Shown: one piece after another, positions 22,601-35,700 of the stretch | Position numbering within the stretch: position 1 is the first letter of the stretch | How the letters are laid out: each line of letters starts with the position of its first letter | Source of the DNA: Catajapyx aquilonaris | Taxonomy: Eukaryota | Direction: 5' to 3' | Length of the DNA stretch: 43,326 nt | NCBI GenBank assembly: GCA_000934665.2 | Contig: JYFJ02003333.1 | Span: 1 to 43,326, forward strand | Notes under the pieces: model-generated | The model's database searches: none | The model's input: only the letters and a program-made list of their open reading frames with translations | What the model was told of the DNA's origin: nothing | Position numbers and translations under genes: made by a program

Positions 22601-25600
22601 AGAAATATCATGACCTCCGAATTCTCGGCACTTTTTTTCTTCTTAATTGGCAGCCATGCCAGCAGGGGTTGACGTTTTTAAACAAGCGATCCAATTAACA
22701 CCTGAAACTTTTTACAATAAAATTTAATTTAACCGCAGAAAAAGGGGGGCAACATTCCCTCGTAACTTGCTCCTATTATAGAACCTTCGCCTTAATTATT
22801 CCTTCCCTACCAGTTAGTTTCTAATGAAAGCTTATCGATATCATGCAAAATTGCAGGGCCCGAATTAATGCGTCGGAATACAGGCAACAAGACGTCACTC
22901 TTGTAATCCTCCTGAAGCAACGTGCTTCATTCACAAAACATATTAGTTATGACACTGCGAAGGTTCCGTTACGACAAGAGTTATCTCAATTCAGACAAAA
23001 AAATTCGCAAACTGTCGTGATATTCCGATCTAATTATCAGATCATCTACTATTCTTCATTGGGGAATCACAGTTGGTTGGATCTCGGTTTTCCATTTCAT
23101 GTAAATGTCAGTCCGAGTAATGACCGCTGACCCATGGCGCAAATCCTCCGGACCGTTTCTGTCCAATCAAAGTCTTTCCAGCAGCACCGCAAAGCGCAGG
23201 AAAGTAATTACTTCTGGTTACGTCGGCCGTAACAGCGGACAGGCCAGTGCTTACCGCAAGTTGAGCAAAGCTCGGGGTCCAGATACCTCAATGAAATGCA
23301 TATAGCACGCCTTAATCCTTCGTTTTTAAAATATCGGTAGTGCAGACCTATAGCCTTAGCTTCCATGTTCAGACACTATAGTTTTCAACACGCTAACTCT
23401 ACTAACATTAATCATTATAATAGCCGCATCGATAACATGGTAATGCATAATAGCATTCCAAATATGCAAAATATCAGGGGAGATCGGTGCATACTGCAGG
23501 GCTGTAACAACACATGTCCACTTGGGAATTGCTTGATTGAAAATTGCGTAGTCGGTTAGCGCAAGAAGCACTTTACAAATTAGTGCTTTAGGTGCTTGCA
23601 TGAAAAGGCGCTGCGCTCCTTTTCATGACAGAGTTATTTGCGGTGCAGTACGGTCTGTGTTGCTGGACAGCTTCCTCGATAACAGTAAATTGACTGCATA
23701 GGCCACAGCGGCTTTACATGTGTAGGCCCTGCATATAGGCCGCTGTGCGGACAATCCAGATAACAGACAGGGCATTGTGCAGGATAAAAGGATGTGTCTA
23801 GTGGAATTAGTGTGTCTCATGTCGCATACAAACTATACGTAGCATTATTGTACCACTTTCATCAGGGCACATGGACTTTTAGAGGATTTTCTCCGGACAT
23901 GCATGGCAGTTACTGTTGTAATAACAGGAAGGGCACAGTTCTAAGATAATCCGTACAGTAATGAGGCAATTGTGTCCGGGTACAGAATTTCAGTCTGCAT
24001 AAATCTGAAAATGCAACATTACCCCAAATATTCTCAACTTACGATCTTCATCATCATTGCAATTTATGGTGCAATAAAAACTGCAACTGTCACCGTTCAA
24101 ATATGTGACAACCTGACACATAAGTCATACGGCAGCAAGTTGTCTTAATTTAGCCTCATGCTTGGCGACCACTCACTTTGCGACAGGTCCAAGTCATGTA
24201 CTGACCACACCCCGCACAAAACCGTCAAGTAAATTTCCCATGCCTATAAGGTTTGTTGATCCTCCCCCTGCAGGAGTGCAATAATGAGCAAAGCCAGTGT
24301 GGGCCGAAGTAACTCCAGGTTACGAACCGCACGCTAATGATCAAATGGCCCGTATAGTCAAGCCGCAAAGATCATAACCCCAAGCATCAGGCAGCCCCTT
24401 CGAATAACGACACCCTCTCGACGGTTAAAGTGAATTTGGACACAACGGCAAATGGTCGAATTTCGCTTCCCACGAAACCTCTTCTAGACCTGGACCATTT
24501 CGAGCCATGCATTACCATAAAACCGTGTGTCCTTTCCAACAGGAGTATACATATTCTGCGACAGGGCAGACAAAAAAATGTAAGCAACAGAGAGGGCCAT
24601 CATTTATTTAATGGACTTGACGGCTTATGGAAGTGGTCAAGGTCGACGTGAAAGTAGTTTGCCGACATTGCACAATTCCATTTCCCTCTGTTCGACATCG
24701 GGGACCAATTCGACACGAATTGTGCGCCAGGGAGGTAGCAGATTCGCAAATGGTTCCCAGCAGCAATCCCAGGGTTCAAATCTTCCTAGATTCAATCCAG
24801 AACACTTGTAAAGATCTGTCCCTTTTTTTTCTTCTTTCTTCTTTCTTGTCTGCTGCTGGTGTTTGCCTGGATCCAGAATGAAGAACGGAGCCTGGACAGT
24901 TTGGGCGGCGGAAATCTGCTGCGCAGCCTGGATTCGCTGGGCGGTGGAAACCTGTTGCGGGGACTGGATCCCTATACTGAAGGTCAGTTGGCGATGCCTG
25001 TTGCACTGCGACATGCTCGTATAGAAGCATATTCTATTTGATCCTTCTCAGGAGGACCTGAAGGATGGAATTATTCATACTTTTTGTGCGAGTTTTTAGT
25101 CTGGCACCCATGTCACGGAAACCTGAAGCTTTGAAGATTTAATATTGCGTCCGAGTTATTTTTAATAAGGCTCTTTTCAGAAAGAGTGTAGTTCTCGGAG
25201 GCAGCGTTCTACTTTTTGGAACGTGATTAAAATAATGTTTGAATGAGATGACGTCGCTGTTTCATGGTAGGAGACAAATTTTTCCTGAAATAACAGTGGC
25301 AGGGACGAGCAGATTACGCTCTTTTCCCCGGGGCATTAGCTTGGCTAATTGTCAAAATCTTCTCCTAATGGCCCTGCCAGTACTCCCTCAAATTGTACTG
25401 TATCGAAAAATATGGGAGACAATTTCGCATAGAATTCGTCTCCATATTTTTGAGCGATTTAGTACGCACAGCACACTGACGAGTATCAAGAAACTCCTTT
25501 TATAAGCAAACAATCAAAAGTATATGACATGCCCATTTTTATGAGCAAGGCAATCAAATAGTAATCGAGACCTCGTTCACAAAGCGTACAGCATATGCCA

Positions 25601-28600
25601 AGGAGCATGGTTGCAACTCGGGCATGAAACTGTTCCAATTTATTTAGGCCTGCACCAAATCTCCTGTCTTTCCCTGCCAATTGTGCGGATCTTTTTGCAT
25701 TACCGGTATTCATTATTATTCGAGTGATCTGCTAGATACATGAGCAGGATTTATCCCGAGTTTCATTGTCACGTTCGACTCATTAGTGCGTACTACCAGG
25801 TACTACATACGATAATAGGTACGGTTCCACCACAGTCGCCGAGGACATTTTAACGTAGACTATAATTTATTGGATTGGGGTCTATAGTAGTCAAAATGTG
25901 TTTACTGTAAGTAAATGCCAGTTCTTGCCTTACTGATTGCATCAGAAATGTAGCTATCGAGACGCAGAAAAACTGCAATAATGAGACACTTTTGATCTAT
26001 TCGTTTTTCGATGACAAGAATAACTAGTACTTTGATGAGGTCTTTATTTCACTCGTGCAAGTCCGGTAATGTAAATAGAAAGCAAATATTGAACCACCAT
26101 TAATATTTCAACAGCAGAGGTTCATTAATTTTCCTGTTTTCATTGCGTACTGAATTGATAAGTGGAAAATTCATGAAACTTTCAGACCCACAGGTGCCTA
26201 TACAACATCCAAAATGAAAAGGCATACGAAATTAAGTAGCAATCGACATGTACTCAAAATCCGCATGTAAATAAAGCAGAACTATAGCCTAGTTTAAAAG
26301 TCCGTTTCATTCGCAACTTTGATCGTCCGGGTTCCTTACGATCTCTTGACAGCAGAAAACTCCGAGACGAAAACTGCAAATGTGACATGCATGTTAGAGA
26401 AGCAATATTTTTATTCGTGTCATAAAAACGAGCAAACTCCTTGACTTTCTTAAAAATCTAGTTCTTTAGTACACCGAATCGCTTCTAGTAATTAGACATT
26501 ATAGTGTGACAATATGCAGTCGGTAATCTCCTAGGGTGCTAGGGACCCACAAAAATGATAATGGCAGCACATCTTCGAGTAGTTTCTCCAATGATTTCTC
26601 TCGCCTGGGAATACAATTAATATTAGAGTTGCTTTATGACATGCTTGAATATTGCCTTCCCGACAGCCTTACAGCCGCTCATTTTAGTGCGGAATTTGAC
26701 AAGAGAATTCATTAACAGGAATGCCAGTGCCAATTAGTTACAGTTTGCTTGGCAGGCTGAAGAGATGTCAACTCATGACTGTACCCAAGTTAAAAATCCT
26801 ACGCCCATCTCAACAATATTTGCAGGAAATAGTTCGCTACAGTATTCACGTCTTACAGTGGGCTACTAAAACCAGAACAAAATGACATCGAACAATGATA
26901 CTGTACTTGTCTCGCGGGAACAATAGCTCAGCCCTAAGATAAGCTGTCTTAATGTGGTACCTGATCATTAAGAAAAGTGAGAGATTAAAACGAGAACAGG
27001 CGGGACATATTCGCAACTACTCAGTTTAACTTCATTACCGGTACGTGAAATTATCGGAATCGGAACACAGTCAGCTCTGCATAATATCGAAACTACAAAG
27101 TTTTTCACTGATATTTATAACTCATGCAAGCAATTACCAGCTTCAATGGTGTCGCACACCACATCCGGTAATATCGGTAGTACAAAGTGCCGTGTAAATG
27201 TCCCTCCTAAAGTTCATTCTGCCAGAGAATCACATTGACGTCACATGCCTTGACTCATTATTAATTACTTGGCCTAAGTAGACAGTTATTGTTGCCCCAT
27301 GGTGACGATGACGTCGCGTCGGTCCCATTTAATATCTGGTTGAATGAACTCACAGCCATAGTTTGGGCAGTGCAGGTAACTTTCCCACGAGGTTAACAAC
27401 CGTGATAACGTACCTAAAATATCGGACGTAAACATGCCGCTATTAAAACATCGTTTTTGAAAAATGTATTTCTGAACGCTAAATCACATATTTCGTTCCC
27501 TTCTCAGCTGGTCAGATGCGCTTGAACTATCTCCGTTCCCTGGACTCTCTGGGCGGTGGCAACCTCCTGGGCGTACGTTCCTTGGACTCCATCGGAGGCG
27601 GCAACCTCCTCCGAAGCCTGGACTCCTTGGGAGGAGGTAACCTCCTGCGCAACCTCGATTCACTGGGTACCCTTCTCTTATTCATCAAGCTTGCGTGATT
27701 TACCTCACCGCTTAAAATTAATCCAATCTACTAGATCCTATCCAACTAAAACAAAAACAACAACAAATTTCCCCCCAAAAAACAACTGAACTTAAACCTT
27801 TACAAATATTTGACACCGGCATTTCGAGCCTCTCTCCTTCATTAGCACATGCACATAATTGATTTTCACGGAGAGCGACTTGCAGGGGCCAGGAAATTAA
27901 CTACAGGTTCCGGTGCTGTCGCTTATATTGTACCGGGGGTACGACACATAGTTGGTTTCCAAGTCGGCAAGACGAGGGGAATTTAATTGGCACCGATAGA
28001 AACCCATTAGGGGGGGTGTGTCGGAGTAAAAATGCGGAGGAGGCTGCTTATTGAAAAGCCGAGCGTCTTCTCCGAGAAACTCATCCAATCTCATGGTAGA
28101 TTACCCAAAACACCCGCCCTTTTGCATTTTTCAGGCGGTGGTAACCTCCTGCGACAAACACGGGGATTGGACTCGCTTTCCGGAATGACTTTCGGTAACA
28201 ACAAGAGGTTCGACTCGCTCAGGTGAGTTTAACATGGGTAATGGGAGACTCCAGGTTGCCGCACACATTCCCCGCAAAATTTTGTCCAGTGGCATCGCTT
28301 CAGTGATATTGCGACATGCAGTTCACGACAGTCTTTGACGTGGATCCACAAAAGGGCGGCTTTTCATGTGCGTGGATTCATCTGTGAAAGTGCCAGTGCA
28401 CTTGCGGAATGGAATTCGGTATAAAAAGTATTGCCCCTCAGGTATGGGCACTTACGTCATAGTGTATGCAGGACGGTCGGTTACTCCACATTTGCTTCAA
28501 GCCTATAGTTTTAGGACCAACATACTCCACATAAATTTTGAAATTCAGGCATAATTACGGCGCGCGGCGTACATAATGTTTTTATACAGTCAGCATAGGA

Positions 28601-29545
28601 ATTATGAAGAAGTAAATTAAGCCTAAATTCCATGAATTGCTGACTGCCCTTCACAGGATACAGTCCTAGCACTTGTGCTCTAAGCTGATTGGTTCAAGTT
28701 AAATTATAGGCGAATAAAATATTGCAGTGGATAATTCACTTTCCGCCTACCCAATCGATTCGTACTAGACCTCAGTACAGTGCAATGGAGGTAAATATTA
28801 AATCTGTATGTTCTGTCGCAGAAATTTCCAGCTGTGTGGTGTACTGGGGAGTAGCCTACGCCCTACAGTATTAGACTTCTGACATTCAAGAAAGGGATTA
28901 ATTCTTCATATGCCTGTCAAATAAACGTCGACTTATCATGCCATATTCTGGTATAAATGCTGTAGAAAATGCAATAATCTCTTACATTTTTCAATATGAT
29001 GTACACCACTTATTCACCCTCGTCACAGTACTGTGCGACCATTATGTATAGTGTAGTTCCAATTTCTGCGTAATGATATTAGCAAGTTATTCTGGCCGCC
29101 GATGGGGACAACCAATATGAGCCACATGTATCCTAATCCTCGTAGTCGGTGAACTGGACGAACAAGCATAAAAAGGCAGATCTCGTTTGCGCTAATGAAG
29201 TTTATAATATAATTAGAAACTAACGTTCCCTGCAATGATTGTAGGGCACGCGCAAAAGAAATTCTCTGTACAATACAACTGCAGGTTATTCATTCCATAT
29301 CTTGTTAACACTTTCGTTGCGTTTCTAGTGGGCTGACTTTCGGCAATCAGAAGAGGAACTTTGACGAGATCGACAGGTCGGGTTTCGGCAGCTTCGCCAA
29401 ACGCAACTTTGATGAGATCGACAGAACCGGCTTTGGCCGATTCGCCAAGAGGAACTTTGACGAGATCGACAGAGTGGGTTTCGACAGCTTCGTCAAGAGG
29501 GAGGCTCCCAAAGAGCCGGCCAAGGAGCCAGCCAAGAACCAATAA
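19674..29545 (+). CDS. Orcokinin: Orcokinin neuropeptide precursor (orcokinin-B-type and orcokinin-A peptides), about 217 aa, 5 coding exons
   Basis: Exons: 19674-19757 (signal peptide [23 protein letters not shown]), 24877-24982, 27508-27666, 28135-28222, 29329-29545. All introns are GT-AG, phases 0/1/1/2 are consistent, total 654 nt. Encodes six xLDS(L/I)GGGNLL repeats, [25 protein letters not shown], and KR-flanked [28 protein letters not shown] and [14 protein letters not shown] (NFDEIDR is the orcokinin signature). Confidence 0.93.
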
Positions 29546-29720
29546 AGCAGCTGTCCAATTCTTCCAAAAATATAAAAACAACTCCCCAAAAACAGAGATA
29601 TATATATTACAAATATGTCAAAAACCTATGTTTTTTGCTCCACGGCTTAATCGCCGTTACCTCTCTTCTCTAGGTAATCTCACTGTTGTTTTCTCTTTGT
29701 GTGGATTCTAGTCAACTTTC

Positions 29721-29726
29721 AATAAA
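29721..29726 (+). terminator. Probable polyadenylation signal of the orcokinin transcript
   Basis: AATAAA about 175 nt after the stop codon, followed by a T-rich tract (ttctttgtttcgtttc). Another AATAAA overlaps the stop codon at 29541-29546. Confidence 0.5.
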
Positions 29727-32700
29727 AAAAATTATAATTCAGTGTCGAGGTCAATGTTAACAAGCTCCATTCTTTGTTTCGTTTCACCTCCTTTTTACCA
29801 AGGCGGTTGTCTCTCTGGCCGTTTTCGGAGATGTGAAATTAGCTCCAGGCCTCACAGAAGATCACACGGTTCCGCATTATGCAAAGTGAAGAATGCTAAT
29901 TTCCTCAAAGTGTTACAACTTTTTGGGACGGGTTTCGCCTCTTTAAGGATAATCAGGTGCTGCTACTATATTAATCGCACTGAACTTTCTTGCTGCAACA
30001 TATTCGTAACCGAGTTACCTACATAAAACGGGAGCGCCTGGAGCCTGACATTGCGAGTGGTAACTGGAAAAGAAAACTCCACCAGTTCTCCTGATGCAAT
30101 AAAAAGGCGAAAGAAGATGAAAGAAGAAAAGAGGATTCCGATATTGCCACCTCTCAAAACTCTTCCGCTTCAGGCTATTCTACGAAAAGCCAGTTGGAAA
30201 TCCAGATCTGTGCAGAATACATCGTATATATACGTTACACATCAGCAACCCCATAGCAGTCTGACAGTAACCGATACCTCCCGTCCAGAAAACCGATCCA
30301 CGATATCACTAACTAACACTGAAACCTGTAACAAAATAATTCCGTGGACACAGCTTACAAGGTGTAAAAATCAGCAAACATTAATGCGCTTAACTTACTA
30401 ACAGGATTTCTATGGTGATTGGTACTTCACAAAGCACTCCAGAAGAGCTTGTACTGTAAGTATTCATTTTCGCCTCTCCCATTCACGAAAGTCCCCGTCC
30501 AGTGCCTACAGGAACGAGATAATTTACTTACTATAAAATCCCCTTGTATAACTACATTATGCATCGCTGATAGTAACGGGTAACATCCTGCTCGCTGAAT
30601 TAGACAGGCCACCCAGTTGAAAGTCATGGGTCATAGAACACTGTAGGTCAGACAGAAAAAAAAAAGTATCGGTACTGTTGACACTCACTAATCCTCACGC
30701 GCTCTGAGTCCACTCAAGCACGAAGAAAAATCGCTGCAAACACAGGTCTAGCCAAACGAATAGTGACATTGCGATTTCTCTTCCGAATTGCTCACGTTCT
30801 TTAATCTCGCTTGATCCCCACGGAGTGCTCGGTCACCGGGTAAAACGTTGTAGATACCCAGAAGCCTGTTACACCGCATGGAAAACATTGTGATCGGCTA
30901 AACTATATAGGTTCTACCCTATAATCAAGCATATAGATTCCGCCGGAAATTGATAATATCCGCAAGTTATTTGCTGCACCACTTGCGCTTGCACAAAAGC
31001 CCTTTGATGGTGCATCGACAGCTGGAATAGTGCTAGAGACATGAGCCTTTGACGATATATAATTCACATTTTAGTGTAACCTGCTGGCACACCTAAATGG
31101 GGTCAAAATGCACAGATCACCTTCAGTTAACCGGATCCAATTGCCAAGTTCACTCAGCCGGTTAAATTAATCTTTCACACAACACGTACAGCCTAGATCC
31201 TAGCTAAGCGCTGCGGTTTATATGTCCATTAGAACTGTCAACAAGGGACGTAAAATTTGTATTACATGCTGCGGGTCCTTGCATTATTTTCCAAACCTTA
31301 TATACCCTCTATGGAAATGCGATAGGGATTATCTTCATATACGGAGTTCTGTAGAAATAATCAAATCCCCTGAGGGAACCAGCAGGACACACGAGACTGT
31401 CAGTTTCCTCAAGCCTGGGTGCACGCTACTCTTGTACCAGACATGTAGGGCAACTTGTCATAATTGCCCAAAATGTTTCCGCGAGTGCTTCCTGCTTGGT
31501 CGGGGCTTGACTTGAAAGGAGAGTAGCTAGGACTCCATTACGCAAGCAAGCGGGGAAAATTACGCTTTTGCCGAAACTATTATCTTGCCTTCAGCATATA
31601 CCGGTGGTCACATTTCCTCTGAACAGGTCGCCAGATTCATAAGGATCCTTTGTGCAGCTTCAGAAACTGGAGATTAGAAGCAATGGACGTAGGTAGATTA
31701 TACACCCCTATATATATACTCCTGCCTTAGAGCACAAAGGGTAATATTTAGGGGCTAGAAAATTGCAGAGTATATCACTTTTCCGTTAATTAACCACCTT
31801 AGCCTAGCAGTGCAAGATTGCTGCTAGGAATTTGTCTGGTGTTTACAAGAGCTCCTCCGGAACAACATGCGATTTCTATTTCCTCGCAGAATTAATTATG
31901 CAGTGCAATTCCAAGACTGCGAGACGAGACATGAATATCCGGTTACTTATGAATATTCCGGCATTAACGTGTAATGACGAGATAATTGCGTTATTAAGGA
32001 GAAAATTAAATTTTAATTTTTCTCCCTCCTTCAATGAGGTTTGTTCTGCTCGTAACGGTGAAAGCATATGAGCGTCATCTTCTGATGCAGAATGCAAATG
32101 CGAAGAACTTTATGTCACGAGCACATGCCAAAATTCACATGGTACAGTAACTCTAACTATTAGAGTATACTGTACACAGAGTAGGGCCTACACCTGCTTT
32201 ACATATAGGCCATTAGCAAATAAACCCCTCAAATTCTATTATCTTCATTTCCCCTCTGTAACATGAACTGTGATACTATAGACACATATAGGCTTAGTGC
32301 AAATACAGCTTCGCGCTCGTTAAAAAGTTGAAACTTTTTGTTCGTGCCCCCGAAAAAAATAAAAGTATGATCTAGTTAGGAGCGGTAAAACAACACTGCA
32401 CACGTGAATCGTGGAACAAACCTCACGCATACAAAAACATGAACTGGAAACGTTGTTCCATCCTCATCGCAGAGCAGCTGTTTTTTAAAAATCAGGCAGT
32501 GTAATAATAATAATCTGTAGACCCGAGCTGCTCATAAAACTCCTAATAATGCCCTGATATGGATCATGAATCAACCCCAAATTTCTCCATCACTTCATCC
32601 CGCGTTAATATAACGTCCAGAACGGCGATAAAAAAAAACATAGGCCCGCATTCCGTCCCTATATCGGCGATTTCCGTGGCTCAAAACAAGTCATCGGACA

Positions 32701-35700
32701 TGCAAATGACGGCGGCGTGTGGAAAGCCTGTCACACATTCTCGCTTCGGATGAATGTGCAATCCCCCTGAGTGCTACTATACAAAGGGGACCTATGCTGG
32801 ACTGTACATCTTACTGCTGCTCATAACGCGATTCCGCACACTGCGGCAGGGTAATGGAAAACGTGTTAACTTTAACCTTCCATCGAAACCCACCCATGAT
32901 TCCAGGCGCCAAGGGCAATTTAATATACACCCAATCTTGTCCCTTAATGAACATTCGCTCTACTGAAATCCCTCAGGGGTAAAATAGTAGTTTATGCTAC
33001 CATCACATCTTCGCTCTGACGTAACTCCACACGTTTACTCCACTTATTCATCCATCCGTCACGCACAAATTCTATGCCCGTCAAAGAAGTCACCTGCTGC
33101 ATTGAAAACAATGCCCATAACCATAAGCAACATATCCCTGTCTCGGGCACATCACCTCAACAATTACTTTTTGTAAGTGACTTGATCGAACTCAGCGTAT
33201 AAATCAGGCATCAGCCCGAAGAATCCCGCTTACACGGAGCAGCATTGTAAATCACAAGTTCCTGATTGTGTTCAATAAAGGAAAAAAACTCACCTCAGAC
33301 AATGCAACTTTTTCTACAAATCCCACTGAACCAACTAACGCTATACTCGTAGGCCAACTGCTGTAATTGTGAGCGGTTTCATCTATAGGCAGTGATTATA
33401 GGCCTACAATACACTGTAGGGGACAGGGGGACTATTGTTTCCACACACAGCGCGCCCACTATAGGTGGGCAGAATTGGCCGACAATGATTTTGCGCCCAC
33501 AACAACAAAACTTCAACGAAACAAAGGCCTATTGACTGACTTCCTAATCGATAATCACATTACGACACAGGTCAGTTTCCATTCAGTACTCATGTTTCAT
33601 AAACAATTTTTTAACGAAAAATAGACACCCACAGCACGAGCTTGAATCAAGTCTTGTCTACACGGTTTTCGGTGGAGTGAAGCGGACTATGTTCTTTTTC
33701 TTCCAAGTCCTCAACGGAGGTAAGCTGCTCTGAAGCCCTTGTGACGGGAGAAGGAGGCGAAAAGTGCTCTAGCGTAGACTGACTCTGCCTAATTTGAGCA
33801 GGTACCCACCTCCACTTGAATAGCTTATTTGAAACATGGTTTCCCCAAGTTAACTCGGCTCTCTCTGCCCACCACCTCTCAATAAACTGACCAAACAAGC
33901 AGGCTAATAAACAACCTCAATTTAAAGGCAGAGAATTCCATATTACCTTGTACGTATATACGAACGCGTATATCACTAGGTATGTAGTTGGATACAGAGT
34001 GCCTGGTGAGACATCTGCATACAAGTGTCAAATATTAATTCAATTAACAGAGAGTGTGTTTTCGGATCTTCTGTTAAATAACGTTACTCTTGCACCTGTA
34101 CAAAATCACACTCTTGGAGGCCTATATCGATCTCAACTGAACAGTAACCAGCTGAGAGATCCGCCTTCAAGGTGTACACTGGTTTCCTGAAATCGTTGAT
34201 TTCTGGAGGATTCGACTGAAATCATACTCAGATGGTTTCTCTGGAAACCAAATCGGTTTCGGATGTTTTTTGATCCGTTTCGGATCGAATTAGGATCAGC
34301 CTCGGATCGTTTCTGCATAAAAGCATACTCGGGTTTCTCCAAGTGGCTACCTCCTCGTACCCAGAACTTAAGTACTTCGATTGCTGCATATTGTGCTACT
34401 AGACGTAAAAGAACACGCATGCTCGAGCGCCACTTCCAACCAAGTGGTGCTCAGTTTCCGATTACGTACTCTTCTATGCAACCTGTGATAACTGCGTCAA
34501 ACAATCTCTTCAGGCGAACTGGTGTAATTTCACACCAAATCAAACGTGCAGCTTCATGTCAGACTTTCAAAATTGTACTTCTCTTTGGTGAAAATAAGCA
34601 GAAACTGGTTGCTTTTGCCCCAACTGAAGGGATTCCGCCGACTCTTCCGGTGCCGTGAGCAATTCAATGCATTAGTTTAATTGCTTCAATTTCATACGTG
34701 ACGGTCGTTATTTCCTGTTCTCACACATGAAGCACCCAAAAAGCGATTTTCCTTCCGTTCCTCCAGTGCCGGAAAATTGGGGAGTCGTGACCTGCATTCC
34801 ACTGAATTGCAATCAGGACTTCTGCACTCAAAAATAATCCAAAGTGAAAGGACACGAGAGCAATAATTTTATATCACAATCAACCGCAAAGGGTCCCATT
34901 GTACCCCTTCCTTTCCCTACTTTCCTCAGCAACAAAGCACCATACTATACACTTCGGCGTCTGCGAATTGGAGTTCCCCACGCTATATTATAGGAGGCAC
35001 CAACACTTGATAAGTAAAACCCCTTGGAGAGGTCCGGCATCCCGTTACATGGGCACAGCATGACTACCCTGTTGACCCGAATTCTCCCTGGCAAAATAGC
35101 CACTCGGATTGCAGCTCAATTCCGCCTCTCTCTCATTAAACTGCGCAGACATAGGCTCAGAGAGTGAGAGAGAGAACTCGCTCCTTGTGTTTGCCTTCGG
35201 TAAACTCTATTCCAAACTGCACAAAAGGGGTATGGTTCCGACGTCCGCCGCCAGCATCCCGACACATTATCTGTTGGTCCTGTGTAATAAAAAAACAGGG
35301 CTCCTTTTGCCCACCATTTCCTCCCCTGGAGATATGGCCAACAATTAATTACCCTCGCGCCTCTCCCAACTATTCCAGTCATTCAAACAATGGAGGGAGG
35401 CGCAAAAATCAATGGATGAATAATTATGCATGGTGTGACGCGTGTCAATTACGTTATACTGTAACACCCGCGCGAATATACGTGTGAATTACAGGGGTGT
35501 CCCTCGTGGAAACTATTGCGGTTGTCTGCTCGGTGGATGTCCTAAATAAGATTGGACAGAGGCAGAGCAGGTTCATATTGGTAGGAGTGACTGCGGAGGT
35601 CATCCTGGACTCAAGGCATTTTGTGCCCCTCTCTTGTTCGCCGTGGAGTATACATGGCAGGGGCACTGGAGTAACAAGGTGTAAACTGTTTTACTGTTGG

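Noticed and set aside
22590..22618. Direct repeat catgacctcc x2 (nuclear-receptor half-sites)
   Set aside because: Short, with spacing that matches no response element I can name and no supporting evidence.
23704..23747. Imperfect hairpin cacagcggc...gccgctgtg in orcokinin intron 1
   Set aside because: Only 9 bp are perfect and the rest needs bulges and wobbles, so it is compatible with chance.
24637..25030. Minus-strand ORFs with repeats ([19 protein letters not shown])
   Set aside because: Antisense reading of the orcokinin repeats in exon 2.
29352..29499. Regularly spaced ~20-nt repeats with a 48-nt period, superficially CRISPR-like
   Set aside because: These are coding repeats of orcokinin-A peptides in a eukaryotic gene. 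The intervening segments are homologous to each other and there are no cas genes.
29213..29711. Repetitive ORFs in the ORF track (LSISSKF and MTRST repeats)
   Set aside because: Alternative-frame or antisense readings of the NFDEIDR exon. The true frame has no ATG of its own because it is entered by splicing.
33647..34658. ORF cluster, including KRSEADP (neuropeptide-like) and short tcggat repeats
   Set aside because: No signal peptide, no repeated peptide motif and no consistent exon chain.
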